In this document: positions 10,772 to 24,595 of the stretch, piece by piece
Numbering within the stretch: the stretch's first letter is position 1
Layout of the letters: each line of letters starts with the position of its first letter
Assembly: GCF_001194135.2 (NCBI RefSeq)
Contig: NC_068982.1
Span: 68,329,300 to 68,393,299, forward strand
From: Octopus bimaculoides
Lineage: Eukaryota
Direction of reading: 5' to 3'
DNA length: 64,000 nucleotides
Made by a program: the position numbers and the translations under genes
The notes under the pieces: generated by a model
What the model was told of the DNA's origin: nothing
What the model saw: the letters and a program-made list of their open reading frames with translations, nothing else
Databases searched by the model: none

Positions 10772-13139
10772 AAATATGTTTCAACACACAAGTTCACGCC
10801 AAGTATCTTGCAAACCAAATACAAAAATGAAATATTATACACATGCAGAGCACATATAGACTACTGCATTCAGAGGACATATAAACTACTGTTGAAGAGT
10901 GTAATATTTAATTATATCACACCCTTGAACACAACTTATCTAGTTAGATGATAGGTACCAAATTTTTCTGGGCAAAGTTAAATACAATAGCATTAACATC
11001 CTATACATGAATAGATATGTTTTTCATTTCATTATACTTCAAAGTGACAATTCAGGCACCAGCCCTTTGGATGAAGTCTTGTAGTTCTTGAATAAATTAT
11101 CTGAAGTTTATTTCTTTAATCACTTTGGTGCCAAATATAAACAAACATCAAGCTTCATGGAGACTCATTGTAAGAGACTTAGCACCTTCAGTTAATCTCA
11201 TCATTAGATATATACTTTTATTCTTCTTCAAGTGGCTGCAACTAGGTTTCTTTTTACAATGTCACACCAGAAATCTCTGTCCCCATTAGATTTAATAGTT
11301 CTTCAATTTCATGCTGTGTGTCTATGCTAATAACATCAATGTAGTTGAGTGATCTTCGTCTTTTCTTTAAGTGCACAAGTTTACAAAATATAACATCTGA
11401 TATTGCCTGTTGCTTAGCATGATAGCAGCAACCAGTAAAGCATACCCTGCCTTGGGCAGTAATAGTAGAGAGGTAGAATGTATCCATAAATCCCCTCTTG
11501 TGCCCACATCATGAGATGTTTTAAAACCTCATAACAAGCCTAATATAGATGCCTTCAAGTGATCTTGGAGCTCCATTTTTATATGCATCATACACACACA
11601 CAAACACATTTTATAGGTACAGCCGTAGCTGTGTCATTAAGAAGCTTGCTTCCCAACCATGTGGTCTTAGGTTCAATCACACTGCATGAAACCTTGGGCA
11701 AGTGTTTCCTACTACAGTTCTGGGCCAATCAAAGCCTTGTGAGTGTGAGTGAATTTGGTTGGTAAACTGAAAGAATTTTATCATATGTCATGTGTGTGTG
11801 TGTACCCTTATTTAAACATCACATGATGGCTGTAAATGAGCATCATTATCATACAAGTAAGTCTTCTGAGAAAATCATGTCTATCTATGAGGGAAATATT
11901 ACCTTGCTTGGAAAGAGATGAGTTTTGGTAATGAAACAGGTATCCAACCATAGAAAATCTGCTTTGACAAATTTCATCTGACTCATATAAGCATGGAAAA
12001 GTGTTCATTAAATTATGATGATGATGATCCTGTTTCTCATCCTAAACTACTTGATATATGAATAACTGCCTAGTATTACTATAAATTAGTTACGAAACAA
12101 GAACTAAACTCATTTGTTTTACTCGTCACATCAATATTTAGTTGCTATGCAGCACTTATATGTTCAAAATAAAACCTCATTAGAACTGTGAATTGCAGTA
12201 TTTTTGTTATATTTTTGTCTCTAGCCATGGTATTGTCTATATCTTGTTGTTCCATAGTTTTCAGACAATGGTAACTTCTCATTCCTTCAATACGTTTTTT
12301 AGATTCCTTGCATTTCTAAATTCCATATTTATCAGCATACTTTCCACTCGGGTGGTTACCTATTGTTATTACTATTATTGTCGGTGTTGTTGTTATTAAA
12401 TTCATTATTATTACTTTTATATTCTCACCAGACATGCATTTAATGCTCTTTTTTATGCTCAATAGTGTTTCATTGTCTTCATGACCACCATCACCACTAC
12501 TATATCATAGTCACCACCCCATTACTCACACTACATCACCTTCACATCATCACCACCACTTGATAGGACTGAATATATCTACCACCTGGACGAGTTTTTG
12601 CTGCACATCTCTGCATACAAAACTTTGCTAACACCTCATATTCTTTCCTTTCTTAACTGTTAATAAAGATGTATTATATTTTGACCCTTTTATCCATTTA
12701 CTTTTACCTGTATTATGAATAGAGTTTTTGGAATAATAACCACCCCCATCTGGCTTATAAGATTTAGTTTATGTTTAAATCCAGCCCTACAAAACCAAAC
12801 AAGTTTGTTGCAATTGCAGTTAACTACAGGGAATTGAATGGTCAAAACTGACCAGAGTTCAGTGGATATAAGACCTAGAGCACAAGGAAACTATCGAAGT
12901 CTCTATTGATAAGAATCAGTTAAAGTTTGCAAATTTAAACAAGTTTTGTTCAAGGACCATCGTCAGAATAAAAAAGTGCCCTTACCAGCAATATTAGAGG
13001 ACATGGCTGCCCCTCATACACAAATTTCTTTGAATTTGTGAACAGATATCAGAACGCTAAGTTAAAAGATATGTTTTACAGTCACTTGTTGCTAAGTTGA
13101 GTATTTCTTTTCTGTTAGTTTGTAAAACTGCTGATAAGG

Positions 13140-13200
13140 TTGTATTGTATTATATTATATTATATTATATTATATTATATTATATCATATTATATTATAT
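13140..13200. repeat. (TATAT)n pentanucleotide microsatellite
   Basis: Direct reading. Confidence 0.9.
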
Positions 13201-13725
13201 ATAAATGTGTGTGTCTGTCTGTCTGTGTCTATTAGCTTTCTCTCTCTCCATGCACATGTGTATGTGTTCAGTTAAAAGTACCTTTTCAAATAAACATTAA
13301 GATTTTTGTAGTATATTGTCAACTTAATGTGACAATCCCAATAAGGGAACACACTACTGCCGTTTAGCCCTAGGAAGCTGGACCGCTTCCTGTCAGCCTT
13401 GACACAATTACTGTGTCCTTAAGTTTGTGAAGATTTTTATCAACTGTAAAGTTGCATTTCACTAGACACAAAGGTGATTCGATTGTTGGCTTTTTTCTCT
13501 TTTTTTTTTTTTTTGTTTGCAGGAGGGTGGGGAAAGCTTCCTTTGTGTTCAGATTTGTTATAGCTTGCGTCTGCATGCTTGACCATAAAGTGAGTGTGAT
13601 CTATTTCAAGTGTATAGATGAAAGTGGTTTAGTAGTTAAAGGTTCTGGGCTAAGTGAGCAACCTTTGTACTCTATGGATATGAGTGGATTTGTCTCAGCT
13701 CATGTGTAATCTTATACAATTTCTT

Positions 13726-14127
13726 CTTTTATTCTTTTACTTGTTTCAGTCATTTGACTGTGGCCATGCTAGAGCACCACCTTAAAGGGTTTTTTAGTCA
13801 AACAAATCAACCCCAAGACTTATTCTTTGTAAGCCTAATACTTATTTTATCAGTGTCTTTTGCTGAACTGCTATGCTACAGGGACATAAACACACCAACA
13901 CTGGCTGTCAAGGGGTGAAGGTAGGACAAACACAGCTACTAAGACACACATGTATAAATCTATACATATATGTGGGCTTTTTACAGTTTTTGTCTACCAA
14001 AGTCACTCTCAAGGCTTTGGCCAACCCAAGGCTATAGTAGAAGACACTTACCTAAGGTGTCACGCAGTGGGACTGAACCAGGAACGATGCAGTTGGGAAG
14101 CAACCTTCTTAGCACACAGCCACACCT
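13726..14127 (-). mobile_element. tRNA-derived SINE family A, near full length
   Basis: Head, central 'cttgggcaagtgtcttctactatagcc' block and tail 'gactgaaacaagtaaaag' on the minus strand. Confidence 0.85.
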
Positions 14128-15755
14128 GCGCCTCACTTTGTCTCACTTTATAAGGTAAAAATCTCTTCATGTTAATTAACATAGGAATGTAAGCAAGAGA
14201 AATTATAGCAGTATGAGTGCAGACAAGGTCCTCACCTCTTGAGATTTAGCTTTGGCTCTTGTTAAATATTTAATGATGCATCACTTCATCCTTTCACTTA
14301 GTTGTGTTGTCATACACAATGGAGACTGGTTATGTAACTAAACTGACATTATACTAACTACAATAAATGTTACTGTGAACTGTTTTAGTGTCCAAGAAGC
14401 TATGCTTTCATGTTGTTTTGCTTAGCCCCAAATTGGCTTTGGGCAAGTAGGCTTATGAGGAAAAGCCTTCCAGCCATGATCATCCCATCTCTTAAGACTG
14501 TTTATCCCAAAGCTACATTATTCAATATGTCCTTATTTTTAAAGGTGGTAGAGTATGATGTGAGAGAGAGAGAAAGGAAAAGGAGAGAGAGTTAGGTGTT
14601 ATTTCTAACATATCAAGCAACCATGTAGTGACTCTCTGAAAGTTTGGCTTGTGTTGAAAACCACTCTCGATAGTTTATGTCCATCAGCTCATTACATTGG
14701 TTCAAATTTGTGTTAAATTTAGATTTTCAATTCATCATCATCATCATCATCATCATTTTACATCTGCTTTCCATGCTAGCATGGGTTGGCTGGTTTGGCA
14801 GAAACTGATAGGCTGGAGAACTGACAGCATTTTACTCCAATATCTACTTTGAATGGTTTCTGCAGCTGGATGCCTTTCTTAACACCAACCACTTTACAGC
14901 ATGTATTAGGTGCATTTTTGTTATAACACCAACACCAAGAGAGTTTCTCATGGCCTTTGGCAAAACCTAAAAGGTCCTCTCAACCCTGAGTTGTCTCTGG
15001 CAAAAATGTAAGATTGCTCTTACAAATTTGCTCTTAGCTCCATTGACAGCTCCCTTGTAATCACAGAAGCCACTACATACTAGGATCAAGTGGATCCTAT
15101 CCATGTGATCCAATATACTTGTAGTGGCAGTTTCCAACAAGTTTTTGTCAACATGGTGCTGCTGGACAGCACCCCTGACAATACCTTAGATGCAGCTGTC
15201 CAATGGGATTCAAAAGAGTACAACTAGGAGATCAGATGATGTGGGGATCACATGACCACATGGTTTTCTCAGATCTTACCTGATACAAACTGCTGCCTCT
15301 TTTTTCATACAGGACTTGTACATGATATCAATATCACACCTCACCACTCAACAAGGGTCTTCATTAACCTGCTGGAGTGATCACTGATGATACCCTAGAC
15401 TTGCTACATGAACTTGGCTGTCCCTAATGACTGCTGAGAATGTTTCTTTTTCTTGGCCACAGATAGCATACCTATGCTAGAGGATCCAGCCACATTCAAG
15501 AAGCTGCCAAACTCCAATTTGTGTGGTTGACAGCTTAAGCCATGAGCATAGTGTGCTTTTTATTTTCTCTGTCACATTCAAATCTGCCATGTTGATGTTG
15601 TTGAATAATCTGAAAGCAAAAAGAAGAAATTAAAATTTGGAGCATGTCATTTTACCATTTATGACTAATTAACTTTTTTCCTCTAGTCTTTACCTGTTGA
15701 ACTATAGGATATATTGTATATGGGAGACAGAAATATGTCATTACTGCTTAATATA

Positions 15756-16130
15756 NNNNNNNNNNNNNNNNNNNNNNNNNNNNNNNNNNNNNNNNNNNNN
15801 NNNNNNNNNNNNNNNNNNNNNNNNNNNNNNNNNNNNNNNNNNNNNNNNNNNNNNNNNNNNNNNNNNNNNNNNNNNNNNNNNNNNNNNNNNNNNNNNNNNN
15901 NNNNNNNNNNNNNNNNNNNNNNNNNNNNNNNNNNNNNNNNNNNNNNNNNNNNNNNNNNNNNNNNNNNNNNNNNNNNNNNNNNNNNNNNNNNNNNNNNNNN
16001 NNNNNNNNNNNNNNNNNNNNNNNNNNNNNNNNNNNNNNNNNNNNNNNNNNNNNNNNNNNNNNNNNNNNNNNNNNNNNNNNNNNNNNNNNNNNNNNNNNNN
16101 NNNNNNNNNNNNNNNNNNNNNNNNNNNNNN
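15756..16130. other. Assembly gap (N)
   Basis: N run; the other gaps are 25771-26473, 31733-31782, 34071-34170 and 51903-52460, mostly next to microsatellites or SINEs. Confidence 1.
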
Positions 16131-16165
<35 letters not shown>

Positions 16166-17685
16166 ATCATCATTATCATCATCATTGCTGTTTAACATCT
16201 GCTTTTCGTGCTGGCATGGGTTGGACCAGGCTCCAATCTGATCTGGCAAGGCTTCTTCGGCTGGATGCCCTTCCTAACACCAACCACTCCAAGAGTGTAG
16301 TGGCTACTTTTTATGTGCCACTGGCATGAGGGCCAGTCAAGCAGTACTGGCATCAACCACGCTCAAATGATGCTTTTTATGTGCCACACATACATACATA
16401 TACACATACGTGCGCACAGTAGGGGTGGGGTTCAGAAGGGCATCCAGCCGTAAAAACTATGCCAAAACAGACACTGAAACCTGGTGCAGTCTTCCACCTA
16501 GCCAGCTCCTGTCAATCTGTCCAACCCATACCAGCATGGAAATCAGATGTTAAATGATGATGATGATAAGGATACATACATATACTGCAGTGAATTGATT
16601 TAATTGTACATAAATGTACAGAATAAATCACCATTGTAATCTACAACCTATGTTTCTTTTAAATAGCAATGCAATTTCATACATTTTAACAATTAGCTAA
16701 ATGGCATTTGAAGAATTTTATGCACTGTTGTAGCAGTATATATTAGATACATATATTAGATAAATTCAAATGAAATAAGGACAAAGATAAACTAGTCAAT
16801 GCATTAACTACTTCAAAATCCATGTAGAACCATTTTCATTTTGTCTTTTTTTCACTTGATTTTTTTTAAAGTTTTTTTTTTTGTTTTTGTTTTTAAATTA
16901 TAATTTTGTTGTACTGCATAATGTAAATATATTATCACATGGGCATCACAATGATTACACTTGTGACTTGAGATAATTCAACAAAAATATATCTGAAAGT
17001 GGCTTCTTTTCACTTGTTTAAAAGCAGTCATAAGAGTACTTCAGACAAAGATAATCTTTTGAAGTTTTCCATGTCAATTTTTATTATCATTACTAGTATC
17101 AACAGTATACCCATGTCATCAAAAATGCTGACAGTTTTATTGATAGCAAATGGTGCATCAAAAACAATGAGAGAAACTATTTATAAATGTCAGCAAGCAG
17201 CTTAATACATGTACCTAAACAGAATTCAAGCGCTTGAACAATCAGATGCAGTTGTAATATTTTGATTTAAAATATTATCATCCATGTAATATATGAAACA
17301 TCCATTTTTCCATGATCACATGGAGCTGCCATTCCCTCTTTCTAAGAAAGGTTATATTTCACCATGCTCAGACATGGTTACATGAAAGATTGGAAACAAA
17401 AAGCATCTCTTGCATGACAGTGACACTTGCTTACAACTGTTGCCGGACGTCAAGGGAAGGGGACAGTAAAACAAACACATGCACATATATGTGTATATGA
17501 ATATACATATATACACTTGTATACATATGTATATATATATATGTGTGTGTATGTGTGATATATATATATATATATATATATACACCTGTATTTATATACA
17601 CCTATATTTATATACATATATGTATGTATATTTATATGCGTATATATGTATATCTATGTGTGTGTATGTATATTTATATGCGTTT

Positions 17686-19136
17686 ATCATCATCATCATC
17701 ATTTAACGTCCATTGTCCATGCTGGCATGGGTTGGACAGTTTGACCAAGGCTGGCAAACTGGAAGGCTGCACCAGACTCCAATCTGATTTGCCATAGTTT
17801 CCACAGATGAATGCCCTTCCTAATGCCAACCATTCCAAGAGTGTAATGGGTGTTTTTATGTGCCACCAGCACAGGTGCTATTTGTGTACACCAGTATCTA
17901 CCATGACTGCGATTTTACTTGGCTTGATGAATCTTCTTCTCAAACACAACAAAATGCCAAAGGTTTTGGCCATTTGTCATTGTCTTCATGAGGTCCAACA
18001 CTCAAAAGAAGCATTTCAGGTGCCACCAGCATCAGCCACTTTGCCTCTGTGAGGCCCAACACTCGAAAGGTGCTTTTTACATGCTACCAGCATGGGTGCC
18101 AGTTACATGACACCAGCATTGGCTACGACTACGATTTCACTTGGCTTGACGGGCCTCTTCAAGCACAGAATATCGCCAAAGGTCTCAGTCACTAGTCATT
18201 GACTCTATGAGGCTCAAAGTTCAAAGATCATGCTTCACCACCTTGTCCCATGCCTTCCTGAGTCTATCTCTACCACAGGTTTCCTCCAGAGTTACAGATC
18301 AGCACTTCTTTACACAAGTGTCCTCGTCCATATGCATTACATGACCATACCAGTGCAGTTATCTCTCTTGCACACCATATCTGATGCTTCTTATACCCAA
18401 CTTTTCTCTCAAGATGCTTACACTCTGTTGAACATGCACACTGATGTTGCACAAACAGCAAAGCATACTGGTATCATTTCTTTCAAGCCTCCACATGTCC
18501 TCAGCTGTCACAGCCCATGTTTCACTGCCATGTAGCATAGTTGTTCACACACAAGCATCATACAATCTGCCTTTCACTCTGAGGCCCTTTGTTGCCAGCG
18601 AAGGTACAAGTTCTCTGAATTTTGCCCAGCCTATTCTTATTCTCACACCTACGCTCTCAGAGCATCCATCTCCACTACTAAATTGGTCACCTAGACACTG
18701 GAAGCTATCTACTACCTCTAGCTTACTGCTCTGGCAGTTAATGGAGTATATTTTATGTACATTCTCAGTGTTTATTGCCCCTGTACATTTTCCACACACA
18801 AAAGCTATTTTCCCTGTTAACCTTCCTCTGATGTTATATCACCTCTTATGTGTCCATAGCTTACACTGGGTACATCTTATGGAGTTTCTATCTACACATG
18901 TTCTGCAGATCAAGCAGGGCTATCTACCTGAAGAGATTTATAATTTGTCTGCCTTCCTATTTACTATGACTTTGGTCTTTGCTAGGTTAACTCTAAGGCC
19001 CTTTGATTCTAGACCTTGCTTCCACACCTGAAACTTCTTCCGTAGTTCTGGTAGTGATTCAGCTATAAGAACAAGGTCATCAACATAGAGAAGCTCCCAG
19101 GGGCAGCCTGTCATAAATTCCTCTGTTATTGCCTGC
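17686..19136 (-). pseudogene. 5'-truncated RTE-clade LINE, second subfamily, retaining RT catalytic region and 3'UTR
   Basis: Minus strand: QAITEEFMTGCPWELLYVDDLVLIAESLPELRKKFQVWKQGLESKGLRVNLAKTKV (YVDD at 19076-19087), then PCLIC..CTQCKLWTHKR*..CGKC, KLEVVDSF, KGRLYDACV. Several stops. (GAT)n tail near 17690. Confidence 0.92.
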
Positions 19137-19182
19137 TATATTTATATGCATATGTATGTATATTAATACACGTGTATGTATA

Positions 19183-19400
19183 TTTATACATGTATATATG
19201 TATGTATAATTTATACATGTATATATGTATGTATAATTTATACATGTATATATGTATGTATAATTTATTCATGTATATATGTATGTATAATTTATACGTG
19301 TATATATGTATGTATAATTTATACATGTATATATGTATGTATAATTTATACATATATATATGTATATATAATTTATACATGTATATATGTATAATTTATA
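19183..19400. repeat. 27-bp minisatellite (ATGTATATATGTATGTATAATTTATAC), about 8 copies
   Basis: Direct reading; explains the 9-aa periodic pseudo-ORFs at 19126-19495. Confidence 0.9.
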
Positions 19401-19444
19401 TTATACATACATATATATGTATATGTGTATATATATTTAAATAT

Positions 19445-19490
<46 letters not shown>

Positions 19491-19546
19491 CATAAATGTC
19501 ATGTGAACAGTAATATTTTTGAAAACAAGAGAGTTTGATATTTAAT

Positions 19547-19593
<47 letters not shown>

Positions 19594-19644
19594 AATATAT
19601 GAGTATATGCATATATATGTACATGTATGTATATACGTTCATCC

Positions 19645-19682
<38 letters not shown>

Positions 19683-20349
19683 AATATGTATCTGTGAGAA
19701 ATTGATAATATAAATATAATTTGATAATAAATATAATTTATGATAAAAAAAATTACAGTTTTATTTTTATTAATATAGTAGCGACTTCAGAACAAAGCTT
19801 CTCACTCCAGCTCACCTGCATGTAATGCTACTGTCTCTCACTCCTACTCTGTTTAGAGTTTCCCTCATTCAGCTTGACTAGCTTCAAGCACACTGTGTTT
19901 TATTTTATGTAATCTATTATATGCTGAATGGTTAGCATGCCAAGAAAAATGCTTATCAGCATTTCATTTATTATTATGTTCTGAATTTAAATTCTGCTGA
20001 GGTCAGCTTTCATCCTTTTCAGGGTTGATAAAATAAGTACCAGTTGAGTATTTGGGTTGATGTAATTAACTTACCCACTCTCCTGAAATTGCTGGACTTG
20101 TGCCAGAATTTGAAACTGTTATTATCAATAATATTAATACACCAACTTGTTCTTTTTGTATGTACGTACCTGTGGTGTGTGTCATGCTTACTTCAAACAA
20201 AGAAGTGAGTGGCAAAGTGAGAGAGAGGAAGTAAGAGATAGAGTGAAAGAGACAGTGAGCGGTAACAACGTTCATTTTGTGTTTTAAAATGTTTATTACA
20301 TCGCAAGGAAAATAGATACATAGATGGAAAGAAAAGTTGATACATAGAT

Positions 20350-20627
20350 AAATGGAACAGTCTGCTCGTAAAATTAACACACAAGTGACTGAGCACTCCA
20401 CAGACATGCACACCATAACGTAGTTCTCAAGGAGATTCAGCCTCACACTGAATGTGACAAGGCCAGCCCCTTTGAATTACAGCTACAACTCATTTTTGCC
20501 AGCTGAGTGGACTGCAGCAAGGTGAAGAAGAGTACCTTGCTCAAGAACACAGCGCACTGCAGGGAATCGTACTCATGACTTTACGATCATTTGCCGAATA
20601 CCCCTAACCACTGAGCAACACACCTTC
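20350..20627 (-). mobile_element. tRNA-derived SINE family C
   Basis: Collinear with 45814-46133. Confidence 0.8.
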
Positions 20628-20757
20628 ACTCTCTTAACTGGAGAGAAAGGAGTGAAGCGATAGAGACAAAGAAAGGAAAGCCTTAGTCATGTACAATGAC
20701 AATTAGACTGAAATACGATCGATCTTTTCTAGCTTCTTTACTTTTAACAATGAAGAA

Positions 20758-20818
20758 GAGGGAAAGACATTTAGTAATAAATAGAGGGAAAGACATTTAG
20801 TAATAAATAGAGGGAAAG
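20758..20818. repeat. Perfect 26-bp tandem repeat, 2.3 copies (GAGGGAAAGACATTTAGTAATAAATA)
   Basis: Starts at 20758, 20784 and 20810. Confidence 0.95.
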
Positions 20819-21237
20819 TTTTTCAGGTGTTTGTTTTTATTCTGGGAGTTCTATAACAATTGACTGTTAGTTCTCTCTTTTTTCCCCACCTCAGTACTTA
20901 TTCACCTTCTTTGATAGTTCTTCATGTCTTTAAGTGGGGGGGGGACGTTTAACGTTTTCTCTACAAACTACAAACAAGCCCTACTCCCTTCTTTTTTCAT
21001 ACACAAACGAATGCAAATTTCGAGCGGAGTATAGCTGTGAAAAGAATCAAAGAATCCAGAAAATTAGGTAATACCCCCTACAAAACAGGTGGGGGAGAAA
21101 AGTTGCCAACAGGTGGCTACACAAAATTCAACTCTATACTTTAAAGAGTGTCTTCTACTATAGCCTCTGGTCAGCTGAAGCCTCATGAGCGAATTTGGTA
21201 GACAGAAACTGAAAGAAGCCCATCATATGTATATATT

Positions 21238-21845
21238 TCATCGTCATCATTTAACGTCCGTTGTCCATGCTGGCATGGGTTGGACAGTTTCACTGGGCTG
21301 GCATACTGGAAGGCTGCACCAGGATCCAGTTTGACTTGGCATGGTTTTCTATGGTTGGATGCCTTTCCTAACACCAACCACTCCGAGAGTGTAATGAGTG
21401 CTTTTACGTGCCACCAGCACGGGTCCCATTTGCATGACACTGGTATCTACCACAACTGCAATTTTGCTTGGCTTGATGGATCTTCTTCTCAAGCACAACA
21501 TAATGCCAAAGGTCTTGGTCATTGCCTCCATGAGGCCCAACACTTGAAAGGAACTCAGCCACTTTGCCTCCATGAAGTCCAATGCTTGAAAGGAAGTCAG
21601 CCGTCTCACCTCCGTGAGGCTCGCTCGAAAGGAACTCAACCACCTTACCTCCGTGCGGCCCAACACTCGAAAGGAACTCAGCCACTTTGCCTCCATGAGG
21701 CCTAATGCTTGAAAGGAACTCAGCCACTTTGCCTCTGTCAGGCCCAACATTCAAACGTTGATTTTTTTTTTACGTGCCACCAACATGAGTGCATTTGGCT
21801 TGATGGGTCCTCTTAAGCAGAGTACATTGCCAAAGGTCTTAGTCA
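21238..21845 (-). mobile_element. RTE LINE 3'UTR-only copy with an internal 42-bp tandem array (21524-21755)
   Basis: Same 3'UTR as 17686-18230; unit GCCTCCATGAGGCCCAACACTTGAAAGGAACTCAGCCACTTT, about 5.5 copies. Confidence 0.85.
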
Positions 21846-23084
21846 CTAGTCACTACTATCTGTTTTCAAGATAGTAGGGTGTGATTTGAGATAGATTTTG
21901 GCTACTAATTTCAGCCTGACAAACTTCCTCCTGAAAGCACTATTGTAGGCTTTGTAAGTGTTTGTTAGTGTAAAATGTTTTCATGCTCATCAGACATGTT
22001 ATCATCATCATCATTTAACATGTCATCCACACCATAAATTTATTTCTATAAATTTATTCAATGAGGCAAGTATCCTATACCTGACTAATGATTATTCAAA
22101 ATTGATATGATGAATAGTATTTGTTTTCCCTTCAGTTGTCTGCTGTAAATATAATTTCTATGTATCTTATCACAAGAAATCACTAGTTTCAAATTACTAA
22201 TTGCTAAATGATGTGTGTGTGTGTGTGTTTATATTTTATATGTTATGTGGTAACGATGTACAACAAGCTTCTTTTTTCCATCTATCAAATTCACTAACAA
22301 AGCTTTAGTTAATCTGAGACTGTAGTAGAAACAGATATGCTCAAGCCACACCTTGAAATTGAACTTGAAACTATATGGCTGCAAAGCAAACTTCTTAACC
22401 ACACTGCCATGTCTGAGCCTAATAAATGTAAATAGAAACACCATTTCTTTAAAAAGGAAAACAAAACAGAAAAAAAAGGAAGAAATATTTGTTTTCTCTC
22501 CAATCACTTACAGTTTTTATTCTATTGTTTTGATTGATTAACAAAAGCCATCCATTGACAGTGGCCCAAAACAATTTCTATTAATTTTATTGCTTTACAA
22601 TATCTGCATCGAGATCAGTTGATACAATTAAAGAACTGCTTAAAAGATTGAAAGTGAATAGAATAATTTGCTTGTTTTTCTTTTATAGATTTTGTTACTT
22701 TTGGTTTATTTTTCTTATTTTGCTTTCCGAGTGTTAGCTTAAGCTTCCACTTAAAAGCCAATTTAATTATCTTTAAATATGAGTGAAGTAAATCTGCACT
22801 TATTAAGATTCAGCCAGCTATATGATATATTCAGACATGATGTGGGTGTGGGTTGGGGGCGGGGTGTCTTTTCTAATGAGAACAACAACAGACATGGAAG
22901 CAGCGCATTTTGAACTGTATAAGTATTTCAGTGCCATATTACATTTCATTATGCCCTTGTATACTGAATCGTATTGTATTACATCACTATTAAATGCATA
23001 TGTATTCAAATTTGAGATTTATCTTCTTCATATTACATGAAGATTAAGCTACAAATATTGACAGTCTAAATATGCTCCTAGGTA

Positions 23085-23660
23085 CCAGTATGGCTGTGTG
23101 GTTAAGATGCTCACTTTCCCTTCACGTGTTTCAGTTTCAGTCTCACTGCACAGCACTTGGGCAAATGTTTACTACTATAACCCCTGGCCAACCAAAGCCT
23201 TGTAGGAAGATTTGGTAGGTGGAAACTGAAATAAGCTTGTTCTGTGTGTGTGTGTGTTTGTATCTGACACCTACGCCCCACTGCTTGACAACCGTTACTA
23301 GTGTGGTTGCATCCCCATGATTTAGCCCTTTGGTGAAAGAGACTGATATAATGAGCACCAGACTTGGGAAAAAAAATACTAGGTGTGTCAATGTGCCTGA
23401 CTAAAGGCTTTCAAAGCAGTACCCTGACATGGTTACAGTCCAATGACTGAAACAAGAAAAGGATAATAAAAAAGGTGCTCGTAGATGCTGATGTGGCTGT
23501 GCGGTTAAAAAGTTTGATTTCCAACCACATGATTTGGGGTTGAGTCCCACTGCACAGCACAGCAACGTGGACAAGTGTTTCCTACTATACCACAGGATGA
23601 CCAAAGCCTTGTAAGAGAATTTGGTAGATGAGGGATGATAGAAGCCCTTTGTGTATGTGT
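23085..23660 (+). mobile_element. Two tandem SINE family A copies (one near full, one partial)
   Basis: Heads 'tggctgtgtggttaag' at about 23090 and 23495. Confidence 0.7.
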
Positions 23661-24367
23661 GCATGTTGGTTTTTTGGCTTACATTTGCATTTTATGAGAA
23701 CCTCTCATTATGAACAATGTTATTGTTGTTATTGTCACTTCTTTCAAGAAACCATGCAGCTACTTCATGCCTTTAAAGACATGAGAAATAGAAGATCCCA
23801 TACTTGAAAAGCTGGTATGGCTTAATGACAGGAAGGGCATTCAGCTGTATAACAATGCCTCGATGATGTATACATCTAACCCAAAAGAAAAAATGAACAT
23901 AAAACAAGTAGTGATGGAAAAAAGGAAAATGGGATATTTTTTCATTAGATATTATCAGCAATTGTTTGTAGTTCTTCAGGCACATAATTTTTATTTTCAC
24001 CAAGCATCATCTCACTCCATGGATCTGCAGGTGTGTAAAACATAAGGTCACACAGGAAAGCATTTTGAAGTAGGTCACATTTATTGTTATAACAACTCTT
24101 AGTAACAACCCTTTTAATACCATCCTGCTTGAGACCATACCTAGTTCTATGATACACACTTCCTGTTTGTATCATAGAGCACTTGTATCTTTAGATCACT
24201 TTAAAAAGTTATCTGAATTAAAACTTAAACAAAAATTGGGCTAAGAGAAATAACTCAGAATGGTCAGTGGCATGTATTTGAACAACATAGGCAAATATAT
24301 GTATATCAAATACCACAACATAAGTTCTTGGTTTATTAAAATTATCTCCAACTCCAGAGGATGTGCC

Positions 24368-24595
24368 TTAAGCCTTTAGTATTTAAACCAACCATATCCA
24401 GCCAAAATATTCTGCTTGCTTTATGTTCAAACTGGCCAGATCTTACCTCTCACACCTATCCTACAGTGTCATTCTAAAATTAAACAACCACATCATCAAA
24501 ACTTAGATGCTACAAGACAATTCATGATTAATTCAAAGCAATGTGAATGAATAAATATTACATTTGATAGAGCAATCAGAATGCTAAAGGGTTAA
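24368..24595. mobile_element. piggyBac-like MITE with TTAA ends
   Basis: TTAA-GCCTTTAGTATT ... AATGCTAAAGGG-TTAA terminal inverted repeats. Confidence 0.7.

Noticed and set aside
15230-15530. Minus-strand peptide CDIDIMYK resembling actin, next to a CAG|GTAAGA donor
   Set aside because: In-frame stop immediately upstream and no further actin similarity; more likely an old LINE remnant.
15683-16329. Long ORFs through N runs (also 25614-26518, 34025-34383, 51749-52474)
   Set aside because: Artefacts of assembly gaps translated as X.
18444-19031. 195-aa + strand ORF (likewise 2772-3323 on -)
   Set aside because: Antisense shadow of the RTE ORF2.
21280-21754. ORFs with 14-aa repeats resembling a repeat protein, or an array resembling CRISPR
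   Set aside because: A 42-bp tandem array without unique spacers inside an RTE 3'UTR.
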